Part shown: positions 20,811 through 28,808 of the stretch, piece after piece
Layout of the letters: each line of letters opens with the position of its first letter
Numbering within the stretch: the stretch's first letter is position 1
DNA from: a virus
Reading direction: 5' to 3' (one strand)
Virus record (IMG/VR): IMGVR_UViG_3300025141_011586
Span: 1-64,000 of that record
Length of the DNA stretch: 64,000 nt
Translations under genes and position numbers: made by a program
Notes under the pieces: model-generated
The model's input: only the letters and a program-made list of their open reading frames with translations
Database searches by the model: none
What the model was told of the DNA's origin: nothing

Positions 20811-20853
20811 ACTTACATAAAATTAAAAAAAATTGGTATATTTTTCATAAAAG

Positions 20854-20861
20854 TATAAATA
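20854..20861 (+). promoter_or_regulatory. Putative late promoter TATAAATA
   Basis: Exact T4 late consensus upstream of scaffold and capsid genes; AAGGAG SD follows. Confidence 0.65.
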
Positions 20862-20886
20862 TTAATAAGATACAAGGAGAATCTTT

Positions 20887-21513
20887 ATGCGTAAAAAGAA
20901 GAAGAAAACACTAGATCAAATCCTCCCTGAGGGTTTATCGGAGTCAGCAGTCAAAGAGATTACTGGACTCATGCAAGATGTTATAAACGAACAGGTAGAG
21001 GAAAAGGTTAAGCTTCTTGAGGCTAGAGTTACCTCCTTCGTTCGTGCGAATATCGATACTCTTAAGGAGCAAGCTGTCAAAGAGCTGGAGCTAGAAAATG
21101 ATACTTTCCATAACGCCCAACTCTTTGAGACCGTTAAGTCGATCATGGCAGTGGAACTCGACAAGGATGACGAGGATTCCGCCATTAAGATCCTGGCAAA
21201 CGAGTCCAAGGAATTGGAAGGCGAGATGGGACTTCTTAGCAACGAGCTTGATAGAGTCCTTAAAGAGAACAGTAAGATGCAAGCAGTTATTTCTGCCTTA
21301 TCAGATAAGACAGACATGCTTGACGAAGAGAGGAATTCTTTGGTTGAGGCTAATAGCCAGCTAGAGAAAGTCGTGGAAACTTTGGAAGAGTCCAATAAGA
21401 AGCCATTCAAGTCTTCTGAGAAGGCCCTGGTTGTTTCCGAAAATAATGTAAATGTACAAAGAACTGGAGATAACGAGTTCTTAACCGAAGATGTTATGAA
21501 GTTTATGCCTTAA
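20887..21513 (+). CDS. gp22: Prohead core scaffolding protein (gp22-like)
   Basis: 208 aa acidic coiled-coil between protease and major capsid genes; LPEGLSE N-terminus. Confidence 0.75.
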   Translation: MRKKKKKTLDQILPEGLSESAVKEITGLMQDVINEQVEEKVKLLEARVTSFVRANIDTLKEQAVKELELENDTFHNAQLFETVKSIMAVELDKDDEDSAIKILANESKELEGEMGLLSNELDRVLKENSKMQAVISALSDKTDMLDEERNSLVEANSQLEKVVETLEESNKKPFKSSEKALVVSENNVNVQRTGDNEFLTEDVMKFMP

Positions 21514-21525
21514 GGAGGCAGTAAT

Positions 21526-23193
21526 ATGGATAGTTTAGGTGGTTCAAATAGTTTAGTCCAAAAGTGGGAACCAATTCTAGAAGGCATCGACAACGATTAT
21601 ACTCGTCGTGTAACGGCGCAGCTTCTTGAGAATCAGGCCAAGCAAATTGTGTCTGAAAAACTCCAGGAGAGTGGCGGTGTTACAACGGGTTCAACAACTG
21701 TCGGTCATTTGGGAACCTTCCAGAAGTTCGCTTTCCCGCTTGTTCGTAGGGTTTACCCTGAGTTGGTTGCCAACAATATTGTTGGTGTTCAGCCCATGCA
21801 AGGCCCAGTTAGCCAGATCTTTTATCTTGGTAATAGTAGGTTCCATAACACAACCCAACAGGTTGTGTACAGCAAGTATAAGCTGACCTACCGTGGTCTC
21901 AACAACGAAGCTATTGGTTCTAGGTCAGACATTGCCGAACAAACTGTTGCTGGTGGGTTTGATCCTGATCAAGGTTGGGGTACTGGCCAGTTCGCGGGTG
22001 CCGCTGGCGCGGGTTCTGGTATGGATCTTGATGGTACGCTTTCAAGGCTTAGTACTTCTGGTGTCGTGTCCGCTAACGCTGGTGGACCTAGCTCGACGTT
22101 TGGTGGCAAGATCGCTTCTTGGCCTCATACCAATACGACGATGGGTTGGACGGTTTCTGGTGGTGAGCAACTGAACCTTACTGGTATTCCAGAAATTCAG
22201 TTCCACATCCAGCAACAGGCAGTTGTGGCTAACACTCGCAAGATGAGAGCCCTGTGGACGATTGAAGCTTCTCAGGACCTCAAGGCTTATCATAACCTTG
22301 ATCTTGAGCGTGAGCTGACCGATCTTCTTAGTAAGGAACTTTCCTTGGAGATTGACCGCGAGATCCTTGAAGATCTTCGCATGATTGCTTACGGTTTCAA
22401 TGGTGCTAATACCTTGGGTAACTGGAAAGCTGAGTCTCTGGATAACGGGAATCCTAACGCTTTCGGAAACACAAAGGGTGTTTTCCAGGGAGTTAATGAG
22501 ACTGGGACGGGCGGTACGCCTGATTTCACTCCGAGTGCCTTCACCTACGAACAAGCAGATGAGCTTAAAGAGCTTCAAACTGCTATTGATTCGAATGTGT
22601 TCCTCGTGGACTTTACTGCAACAACGGGTGCGAATGCTGGCTTGGCTGATTTCAATCCTCGTCACATCGGTGAGTTGTATGGTAACCTGCTGGCAACAAT
22701 GAACATTGCCTCACAGGATATCTACAGAACAACTCATAGAGGTCCTGGTACTGTGATGATCACCTCACCTCTGATGGCTAGCTTCCTAGAAAGCTCTGCC
22801 AAGCTAGAGGGAGGAATTGCTCCAGCGGATGCCCCAACTAACATGGGCACCAAGGTGCAGTACAAGGGCAAGTTCGCTGGCAAGTATGACCTGTATGTTG
22901 ACCCCCTGTGGCCTGAGGACGAAATCCTTTTGGGTTACAAGGGCTCGAATGCTATGGACGCAGGCTTTGTCTACGCTCCGTACATTCCGCTACAGCAACT
23001 GCCTACTATCACGGATCCTGATAACTTCCAACCCAGGAAGGGTATCCTGACTCGTTATGGCAAGGCTGCTATCACTCCTGCTCATAGATTCTATAGAATC
23101 ATTAGAGTGGTTGGTCCTAATGCTAACTGGCTGCTCTCGCCATTCGCTAGAGTCCAGAAGATCGGTACAACCACGGTAACTGGTTATAAGTAA
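21526..23193 (+). CDS. gp23: Major capsid protein (T4 gp23-like)
   Basis: KWEPILEG, LLENQ, PLVRR, GVQPMQGP, RKMRALWT.E..QDLKAYH, EIDREI, YAPYIPL, FQPRKGILTRYG. Confidence 0.97.
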   Translation: MDSLGGSNSLVQKWEPILEGIDNDYTRRVTAQLLENQAKQIVSEKLQESGGVTTGSTTVGHLGTFQKFAFPLVRRVYPELVANNIVGVQPMQGPVSQIFYLGNSRFHNTTQQVVYSKYKLTYRGLNNEAIGSRSDIAEQTVAGGFDPDQGWGTGQFAGAAGAGSGMDLDGTLSRLSTSGVVSANAGGPSSTFGGKIASWPHTNTTMGWTVSGGEQLNLTGIPEIQFHIQQQAVVANTRKMRALWTIEASQDLKAYHNLDLERELTDLLSKELSLEIDREILEDLRMIAYGFNGANTLGNWKAESLDNGNPNAFGNTKGVFQGVNETGTGGTPDFTPSAFTYEQADELKELQTAIDSNVFLVDFTATTGANAGLADFNPRHIGELYGNLLATMNIASQDIYRTTHRGPGTVMITSPLMASFLESSAKLEGGIAPADAPTNMGTKVQYKGKFAGKYDLYVDPLWPEDEILLGYKGSNAMDAGFVYAPYIPLQQLPTITDPDNFQPRKGILTRYGKAAITPAHRFYRIIRVVGPNANWLLSPFARVQKIGTTTVTGYK

Positions 23194-23213
23194 TAATCAG
23201 CTAGACTGATAAA

Positions 23214-23253
23214 AGAAAAGACTGAGAGACATAAAAAGCTCTCAGTCTTTTCT
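23214..23253 (+). terminator. Intrinsic terminator after the capsid gene
   Basis: Perfect 15-bp inverted repeat AGAAAAGACTGAGAG / CTCTCAGTCTTTTCT with a 10-nt loop. Confidence 0.85.
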
Positions 23254-23263
23254 GCATTCTAGG

Positions 23264-23271
23264 GTATATAA
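23264..23271 (+). promoter_or_regulatory. Putative late promoter variant GTATATAA
   Basis: Between the capsid terminator and the neck gene, where transcription must restart. Confidence 0.5.
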
Positions 23272-23289
23272 GATAGAGGGCTTTTTATT

Positions 23290-24177
23290 ATGGCGTTTAC
23301 AGATACCTTCGGACCTGTTAGACCAAGAGTTACATCTTACGGAACTTCTTTTGGTACCTATGGTGGTAATCGGATTACGGATACAAGCTCCGCTCCAGGG
23401 GATATAGATCCTAGTAAGCTAAATAAAAATACGCTTGTAGATGGAGTAGAGTTTACTAGTTTTGATGACACCGTTAAGGACTATGTTCTGGCCAAGCTTG
23501 GGCATCCTGTGGTGAGGGTAGAGCTATCTCCTTTACAGTTAAAAATTGCGACTGATGAGGCTGTAACTAAATTGTCTTATCACGCTCCCTTATGGTCACG
23601 AAACTACGCCACCTTTGAGGCCTCTGCACCATATAATGTCTATGAGATTCCTACTTATATGTTAGATAATCTGGAGTATGTGGTCTACAAAAAGAGCCTG
23701 CTCTCACTCCAGTCTCAGGCAGGAACTTTGGAATTTGATTTCTTCATCAAATACTTCCAGGATAATCATTTGTTTGGAGATTTTAACGTTGGAGAATTTT
23801 ACCTACTTCAGTCTCATCTAGAGCAGATGAGAAAGATTCTGTCTCAGGAGGGGTCCTGGGACGTGCTTAATGGTAAATACTTGCAGATAAATCCTAGGCC
23901 TGCTAAGACTGTGGAGTATGTCCTTTTAGAGTATAGGGCTTTAAACTCAGACACTATACATCCCGCTTACAGAAACTGGATTCAAAGATATGCTTTGGCT
24001 AGTGCTAAGGGTATCCTTGGGGAGATAAGGAGTAAGTATTCTATGTTGCCTTCTCCTGGTGGAGGGGCTCAGTTGAATGGGCAAGCTCTAAAAGAAGAGA
24101 GTGCAAGAGAAATGAAAGAGTTAGAAGAACAGCTTCTCGCAGAGATCGAGGAGCCACCAGTCTTCACAGCATTCTAA
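23290..24177 (+). CDS. gp13: Neck protein (gp13-like)
   Basis: LGHPVVRVEL, WIQRYALASAK..LG.IRSKY...P.PGG..LNG motifs. Confidence 0.88.
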   Translation: MAFTDTFGPVRPRVTSYGTSFGTYGGNRITDTSSAPGDIDPSKLNKNTLVDGVEFTSFDDTVKDYVLAKLGHPVVRVELSPLQLKIATDEAVTKLSYHAPLWSRNYATFEASAPYNVYEIPTYMLDNLEYVVYKKSLLSLQSQAGTLEFDFFIKYFQDNHLFGDFNVGEFYLLQSHLEQMRKILSQEGSWDVLNGKYLQINPRPAKTVEYVLLEYRALNSDTIHPAYRNWIQRYALASAKGILGEIRSKYSMLPSPGGGAQLNGQALKEESAREMKELEEQLLAEIEEPPVFTAF

Positions 24178-24762
24178 ATGGCATACAAAAAGAATTATAA
24201 AGTAACCACGCCGATGCCTCTTATCCCTGATATCGATATTGAGGATAGCGAGCTAAGTTTATTTGATCCTACGAATCCAGATATTAATCTATTTAATTTG
24301 GTTGACGATGAGATCATTAGACTAAGTGGGTCCAAGTTATATTTCTATAAGTTTTATCTGGCTGAGGATGATTATGACGATGTCTACATGGAGTCCAAGA
24401 ATAAGGCCATTGTATCGGAGCCTATGTTAGTTCATGGTCACTATGACCCCAAGATTCTAGAGGAGAATCTATCAGAGTTTGGCATTGAGCTTACCAATGA
24501 TCAAGTTTTTGTATTTAACAAGAGCTACATAGAGCAGAAGTTAGGTAGGATTGTTACCCCAGGAGATGTGATTAAGCCAGCTTTTCAGAATCAGAAGTAT
24601 GAAATCTTTGAGGTTCAGGAAGATGCCTTTGAGGCTTACGGGGTTTATCATCTTAACTGTCATGCTAGATTGCTTAGGGATTCTGTGGAGATTCAGGATG
24701 CTCCTTTGCTAGATACAACTGATCCTTTAGGGGGGTATGAAGGGAAAGTGGGTACTGTATAG
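24178..24762 (+). CDS. gp14: Neck / head-closure protein (gp14-like)
   Basis: E.I...G....Y, D.VY.E, LSEFGIE, PGDVI, YEIFEV pattern; follows gp13. Confidence 0.78.
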   Translation: MAYKKNYKVTTPMPLIPDIDIEDSELSLFDPTNPDINLFNLVDDEIIRLSGSKLYFYKFYLAEDDYDDVYMESKNKAIVSEPMLVHGHYDPKILEENLSEFGIELTNDQVFVFNKSYIEQKLGRIVTPGDVIKPAFQNQKYEIFEVQEDAFEAYGVYHLNCHARLLRDSVEIQDAPLLDTTDPLGGYEGKVGTV

Positions 24763-25595
24763 TGGCAAAATTAGATCCAAGATATATGGTTACTGACAAT
24801 AGCCTAAGCTCAGTTGATGGTAAAACTACTTATCAGGTTAAATTTGATACAGAGACAGTACTCACTAAGACTCAGCGGGAGTCCGATGCAGACTTTGGCT
24901 TAGACCCTAGAAGAAAGACAAATAGGGAGATAGCTATCAAGAAGGAGTTGCTTGAGCTACATCGAAAAGAGAGTGATATTTCAAGAGTCTACAAAGAAAC
25001 TTTAAGAGCTGTCATACATCTTTTTAGTGATCTATTTGTTATCGACTCGGACGATAACTTAGTAAAAATTTCTTGTACCCACGGTCACCCAGAGAGGGTG
25101 ATAGCAAAGCTGAAACAAGAAAGTAATATTATACTTCCTGTTATTACCGTTACCCAGTCTACTAGCGACAACGACGATAACAGAAGAAAATTTACGCCTA
25201 TTCTAGTTAATGAACGTTACTGGGATACTGATAAGCATAGGGCGTATAGGATAGTGAGTTTTGCTCCCAGGCCTGTTAATATTAACTACAGTATTAATTT
25301 TTGGACTAAGTATATGGTAGATATGGATCAGATGTTAGAACAATCTAGGTTAAAGTTCAACCCTGATGCTGCTATTAATACGCCCTTCAGTACGAAGACA
25401 AAGGCTTTTATAACTGAAGAGGTAGATAATTCTGAGCTTACCCCAGGGGATACTGCTGAGAGGATTCTAAGGAAGACCTTGAACATTTCTGTTGAGGGTT
25501 ACATACCAAGCCCGAAGTTCTTGTACTCTTCTACTGGTAAGATAGAGAAGCTAAAAGCAGAGGCTGTACTTCATCACATAGATAAGAGAGAATAA
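24762..25595 (+). CDS. gp15: Tail terminator / sheath stabiliser (gp15-like)
   Basis: ILPVIT, PRPVNINYSINFWTKY..DMDQMLEQ...FNP motif; follows gp14. Confidence 0.78.
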   Translation: MAKLDPRYMVTDNSLSSVDGKTTYQVKFDTETVLTKTQRESDADFGLDPRRKTNREIAIKKELLELHRKESDISRVYKETLRAVIHLFSDLFVIDSDDNLVKISCTHGHPERVIAKLKQESNIILPVITVTQSTSDNDDNRRKFTPILVNERYWDTDKHRAYRIVSFAPRPVNINYSINFWTKYMVDMDQMLEQSRLKFNPDAAINTPFSTKTKAFITEEVDNSELTPGDTAERILRKTLNISVEGYIPSPKFLYSSTGKIEKLKAEAVLHHIDKRE

Positions 25596-25632
25596 AAATT
25601 AAAAATTTTCGCATCACTTTCGGGTAGTGTCA

Positions 25633-25640
25633 GTAAATAA
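25633..25640 (+). promoter_or_regulatory. Putative late promoter GTAAATAA
   Basis: Upstream of the sheath/tube operon; GAGGAG SD follows; preceded by an A/T tract. Confidence 0.55.
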
Positions 25641-25656
25641 TATAGAGGAGTTTATA

Positions 25657-25953
25657 ATGGTTAATGAGGATAGGATAATAAAGAAGGGTAAGCCTGCGTT
25701 TAGTACCCCAAAGTCTCTTAAGCCTCGCAAGGTGATTGAAGCTCCTAAAGAAGTAAAAAGGCAAGTAGTTCCTACGAAAGCAGTAAAGAATGAATGCCTT
25801 CAATCATTAGAAGTTTATTTTAAGAACAGTGAAGGGCAAGATGATACCTGTTGGTTACAGCCGAGAGGGGTTTTAAAGTTGCCTGCTTCCTGTTTAACGT
25901 CTCAAATCGATCTTTTGCAAAAGAGGAGACTAGTTCGAGTTTTTAATATCTAG
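25657..25953 (+). CDS. Hypothetical protein preceding tail sheath
   Basis: 98 aa from the ATG downstream of a GAGGAG SD. Confidence 0.65.
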   Translation: MVNEDRIIKKGKPAFSTPKSLKPRKVIEAPKEVKRQVVPTKAVKNECLQSLEVYFKNSEGQDDTCWLQPRGVLKLPASCLTSQIDLLQKRRLVRVFNI

Positions 25954-25963
25954 GAGATAGCCC

Positions 25964-28156
25964 ATGCCAACTTACGTAAGTCCAGGTGTATATGTTATTG
26001 AAAAGGACATATCACAATATCCCCCAACTATTAACTCTTCTGTTGTAGGGTTGGTGGGTTTCGCCTCTAAGGGTCCTGTGAATAAAGCGACCTTAATTAC
26101 TAGTCCAAATAGATTAATAGATACGTTTGGTGAGCCATCTGAGACCATAAGAGGGCAGGGTCTTGAAGGTGCATTGGAGATATTGGAGACCACAAATAGC
26201 CTTTACTATGTAAGAGCAGCTAGTACTGATGCTGCTGATGCTTCTGCTAGTATACAATTCGGTAGTTGTCCTGCGGTTTTGGTGTCTGGGCCAAACTCCG
26301 ATGACAACGGTCTCGGTGTCACTGGGGGAGCAGCCGCGACTATTTACGCTCAGGTGTATAATAATAATGGCGTTAAGCAATACGACTATCCTAAAAAGTT
26401 TAACATTAAAAATAATTTTACTGCCAATGCTGATGCCTCAAGTCAGGGTAAGGCATTGGCGAAAGTATTCGGTGGGTCTTTACAAACAGGAAATCTAGGT
26501 GTTCATTGGGATAAGGAGAGTGCTGCGTCTGGATATATAGTTAGTAGATTCGCTGGGTCTGGTGCGTATATGGAGCTATCTGCGTTTGTCCATGAAGATA
26601 ATAACTCTAATAAGGGTATGGAAATATTCCAAGCAGTTAACGCCCCATCTGGAACTGTATCAGGCGAAGGCATTGGGGGCACTGCATCGCACAATAATTT
26701 TGCGAGTGCAATTAAAGTGTATGGAGGCTCAATATACACAGGAGAAACCACTTCCGGTTTCGGATACCTTGTTGAGTCTCTGAATCCTGGAGCTGGCTAC
26801 AACGCTGGGAAGAAGCCTAACGGGGAGACTAGTGGAACTAGTATTACTGTTACTAACCAGAACGGTCCTTATTTTTCTCTCAATGTCAATGACAGGGGTC
26901 AGCCAGTTGAAACTTTCAAATGCTCTCTGACAAAAAATAAGGATTTTGTTGAGGATGTAATCAATGTTGGTCAGGATAATCCTAAGTCTGATTACATTAA
27001 GGGAAACCTCTTTGCTTCAGGTCTTCTGACAATAACCCCTAACGCACTACACTCTTTCGGTCAACCCCTCACTGAGATAGCTCATGGGTGGGATGGAGTT
27101 AGTATGCGGTGGCAGACATCTGGTGGGACTGCGCTCACCAATGTCGGGGACGATGCTGCTATCGGCAAGAAGCACCCCGCTAGGCCTAAGTTTGTGAAGG
27201 CAATTGAAGGGACTTATAATTTATCTGGTGGCAATAACGGCCAGTCTGCAAGCGATAATACTAATGACACTAACTTGATCGGTACTACATCAGGGGGTGC
27301 AAAGACTGGTATGCAGGCCCTGGATGATGAGGTTCTTAATATCTCAATAGCTGCTGTCCCTGGGTATACTAGGCAGGCTGTTCAGAATGCCTTGATCAGC
27401 CTAGCAGAAACCACACAGGATTTCCTCGCTGTGGTAGCTCCTCCCTACGCTGTTGGCGGTGCTCAAGACGCAATCGATTGGTCTAATGGGCAGGGTGGAG
27501 GCAGAACCGCTGCTATAACAAGTAACTATGCTGCGATCTATTGGCCATGGTTGAAGGTATTCAGCGTCCATGATGGCAAGGATCGTTGGTATGATCCAGC
27601 AATATTCGCTATAAGGCAAATGGTTTACACCGATAATGTTGGTGAGCCATGGTTCGCTGCTGCTGGCTACAATCGTGGTAGATTAACCAAGCCTGTTGAT
27701 GTGGAAGTTATAGTAAATCAAGGTGACAGAGACTCCATGTACAGTGGTGGAAATGTTATTAACCCAATTGCTAACTTCCCGCAACAAGGAATTACAATAT
27801 TCGGGCAGAGAACTGCACAAAGAACTGCAACCGCTCTTGATAGAGTAAACATTCGCAGGCTGATGATCTTCATCAGGAAAGTTCTTCTGCAAGCAGGCAG
27901 GCCTTTTGTCTTCGAGCCAAATGATGAGTTCACTTGGCAACAAGTTGAAGAAACCTTGAATCCGTTCTTGGATGATATCAAGAGGAGAAGAGGTCTTGTT
28001 GAATTCCGTGTCGTATGTGACGATACAGTAAATACTCCAGTTAGAGTTGATAGGAACGAGCTTTGGTGCAAGGTTCTCCTCAAGCCAACGAAGACTGCTG
28101 AGATCATAATCTTTGAGCTTAACCTGACGAATCAGTCCGCGCAATTAGGAGGATAA
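25964..28156 (+). CDS. gp18: Tail sheath protein (gp18-like)
   Basis: YVSPGVYVIEKD, GFASKGP, YWPW, PWFAAAGYNRG, FGQRT, DRVNIRRL, FEPND. Confidence 0.97.
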   Translation: MPTYVSPGVYVIEKDISQYPPTINSSVVGLVGFASKGPVNKATLITSPNRLIDTFGEPSETIRGQGLEGALEILETTNSLYYVRAASTDAADASASIQFGSCPAVLVSGPNSDDNGLGVTGGAAATIYAQVYNNNGVKQYDYPKKFNIKNNFTANADASSQGKALAKVFGGSLQTGNLGVHWDKESAASGYIVSRFAGSGAYMELSAFVHEDNNSNKGMEIFQAVNAPSGTVSGEGIGGTASHNNFASAIKVYGGSIYTGETTSGFGYLVESLNPGAGYNAGKKPNGETSGTSITVTNQNGPYFSLNVNDRGQPVETFKCSLTKNKDFVEDVINVGQDNPKSDYIKGNLFASGLLTITPNALHSFGQPLTEIAHGWDGVSMRWQTSGGTALTNVGDDAAIGKKHPARPKFVKAIEGTYNLSGGNNGQSASDNTNDTNLIGTTSGGAKTGMQALDDEVLNISIAAVPGYTRQAVQNALISLAETTQDFLAVVAPPYAVGGAQDAIDWSNGQGGGRTAAITSNYAAIYWPWLKVFSVHDGKDRWYDPAIFAIRQMVYTDNVGEPWFAAAGYNRGRLTKPVDVEVIVNQGDRDSMYSGGNVINPIANFPQQGITIFGQRTAQRTATALDRVNIRRLMIFIRKVLLQAGRPFVFEPNDEFTWQQVEETLNPFLDDIKRRRGLVEFRVVCDDTVNTPVRVDRNELWCKVLLKPTKTAEIIIFELNLTNQSAQLGG

Positions 28157-28162
28157 TAAATA

Positions 28163-28738
28163 ATGGCGACTTCACTATATCAAACTCAATTCGGTAGAAA
28201 GTTTACTGGCGGTAAAAATCTACCTCAAGTCTCTACGGATCTCGATTCGGTAAGAGCATACCAATTCGAACTTCAGTTCCAAGGTGTGCCTGCTGGTGGA
28301 ACCGTTGCCAGAGACTTTACTCTTGCAGCGAAGCAAGTAAGCCCCGCTGGATTTACGGTGGAAGACATTACCGTTGATCGTGTTAACGATAGGGTATTCT
28401 ATCCAGGTAAGGCTTCTCCCGAAGAGATTACAATTACTTTCGATAATCTCATGCTCAAAACAGTAGCCTCAGACTTGTGGGGATGGTTTAAAACAAGCTA
28501 CGATCCCATGACTGGTGAACTAACCAAGCAGGGTGGTCCACGAGGAGACAAGTCATTTAAAGCTATGAAGCTCTCTATCCTTCAGTTAGACAATGTTCTA
28601 AATCCTCACGCTACCACAGAGCTTTATGGTGTTTGGGTGAAATCATGGAAGACTGCTGAATTCAATTATGCCACTAATGAATTCCATACTATAGAAGTTA
28701 CATTCCGCTATGATTTCATGGATAACTTTAACTACTGA
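28163..28738 (+). CDS. gp19: Tail tube protein (gp19-like)
   Basis: 191 aa directly after sheath; R.YQFEL, YPGK, ITFD, LYGVW, IEVTFRYD. Confidence 0.88.
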   Translation: MATSLYQTQFGRKFTGGKNLPQVSTDLDSVRAYQFELQFQGVPAGGTVARDFTLAAKQVSPAGFTVEDITVDRVNDRVFYPGKASPEEITITFDNLMLKTVASDLWGWFKTSYDPMTGELTKQGGPRGDKSFKAMKLSILQLDNVLNPHATTELYGVWVKSWKTAEFNYATNEFHTIEVTFRYDFMDNFNY

Positions 28739-28759
28739 GATGCACTAACATCTGAATCC

Positions 28760-28790
28760 AAAAGGTCCGACTTCGGTTGGGCCTTTTCTT
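28760..28790 (+). terminator. Intrinsic terminator with C(UUCG)G tetraloop
   Basis: AAAAGGTCCGAC-TTCG-GTTGGGCCTTTT followed by CTT. Confidence 0.85.
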
Positions 28791-28797
28791 ATATCAC

Positions 28798-28803
28798 TAT
28801 AAT
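28798..28803 (+). promoter_or_regulatory. -10 hexamer TATAAT 5 nt before ATG (leaderless-type promoter)
   Basis: TATAAT-acact-ATG(28809); no SD; immediately after a terminator. Confidence 0.6.
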
Positions 28804-28808
28804 ACACT

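Noticed and set aside
22042-22665. Long antisense ORFs over capsid, scaffold, sheath, SSB and the 1499 aa gene
   Set aside because: Shadow frames of well-supported plus-strand genes, with no motifs or initiation signals.
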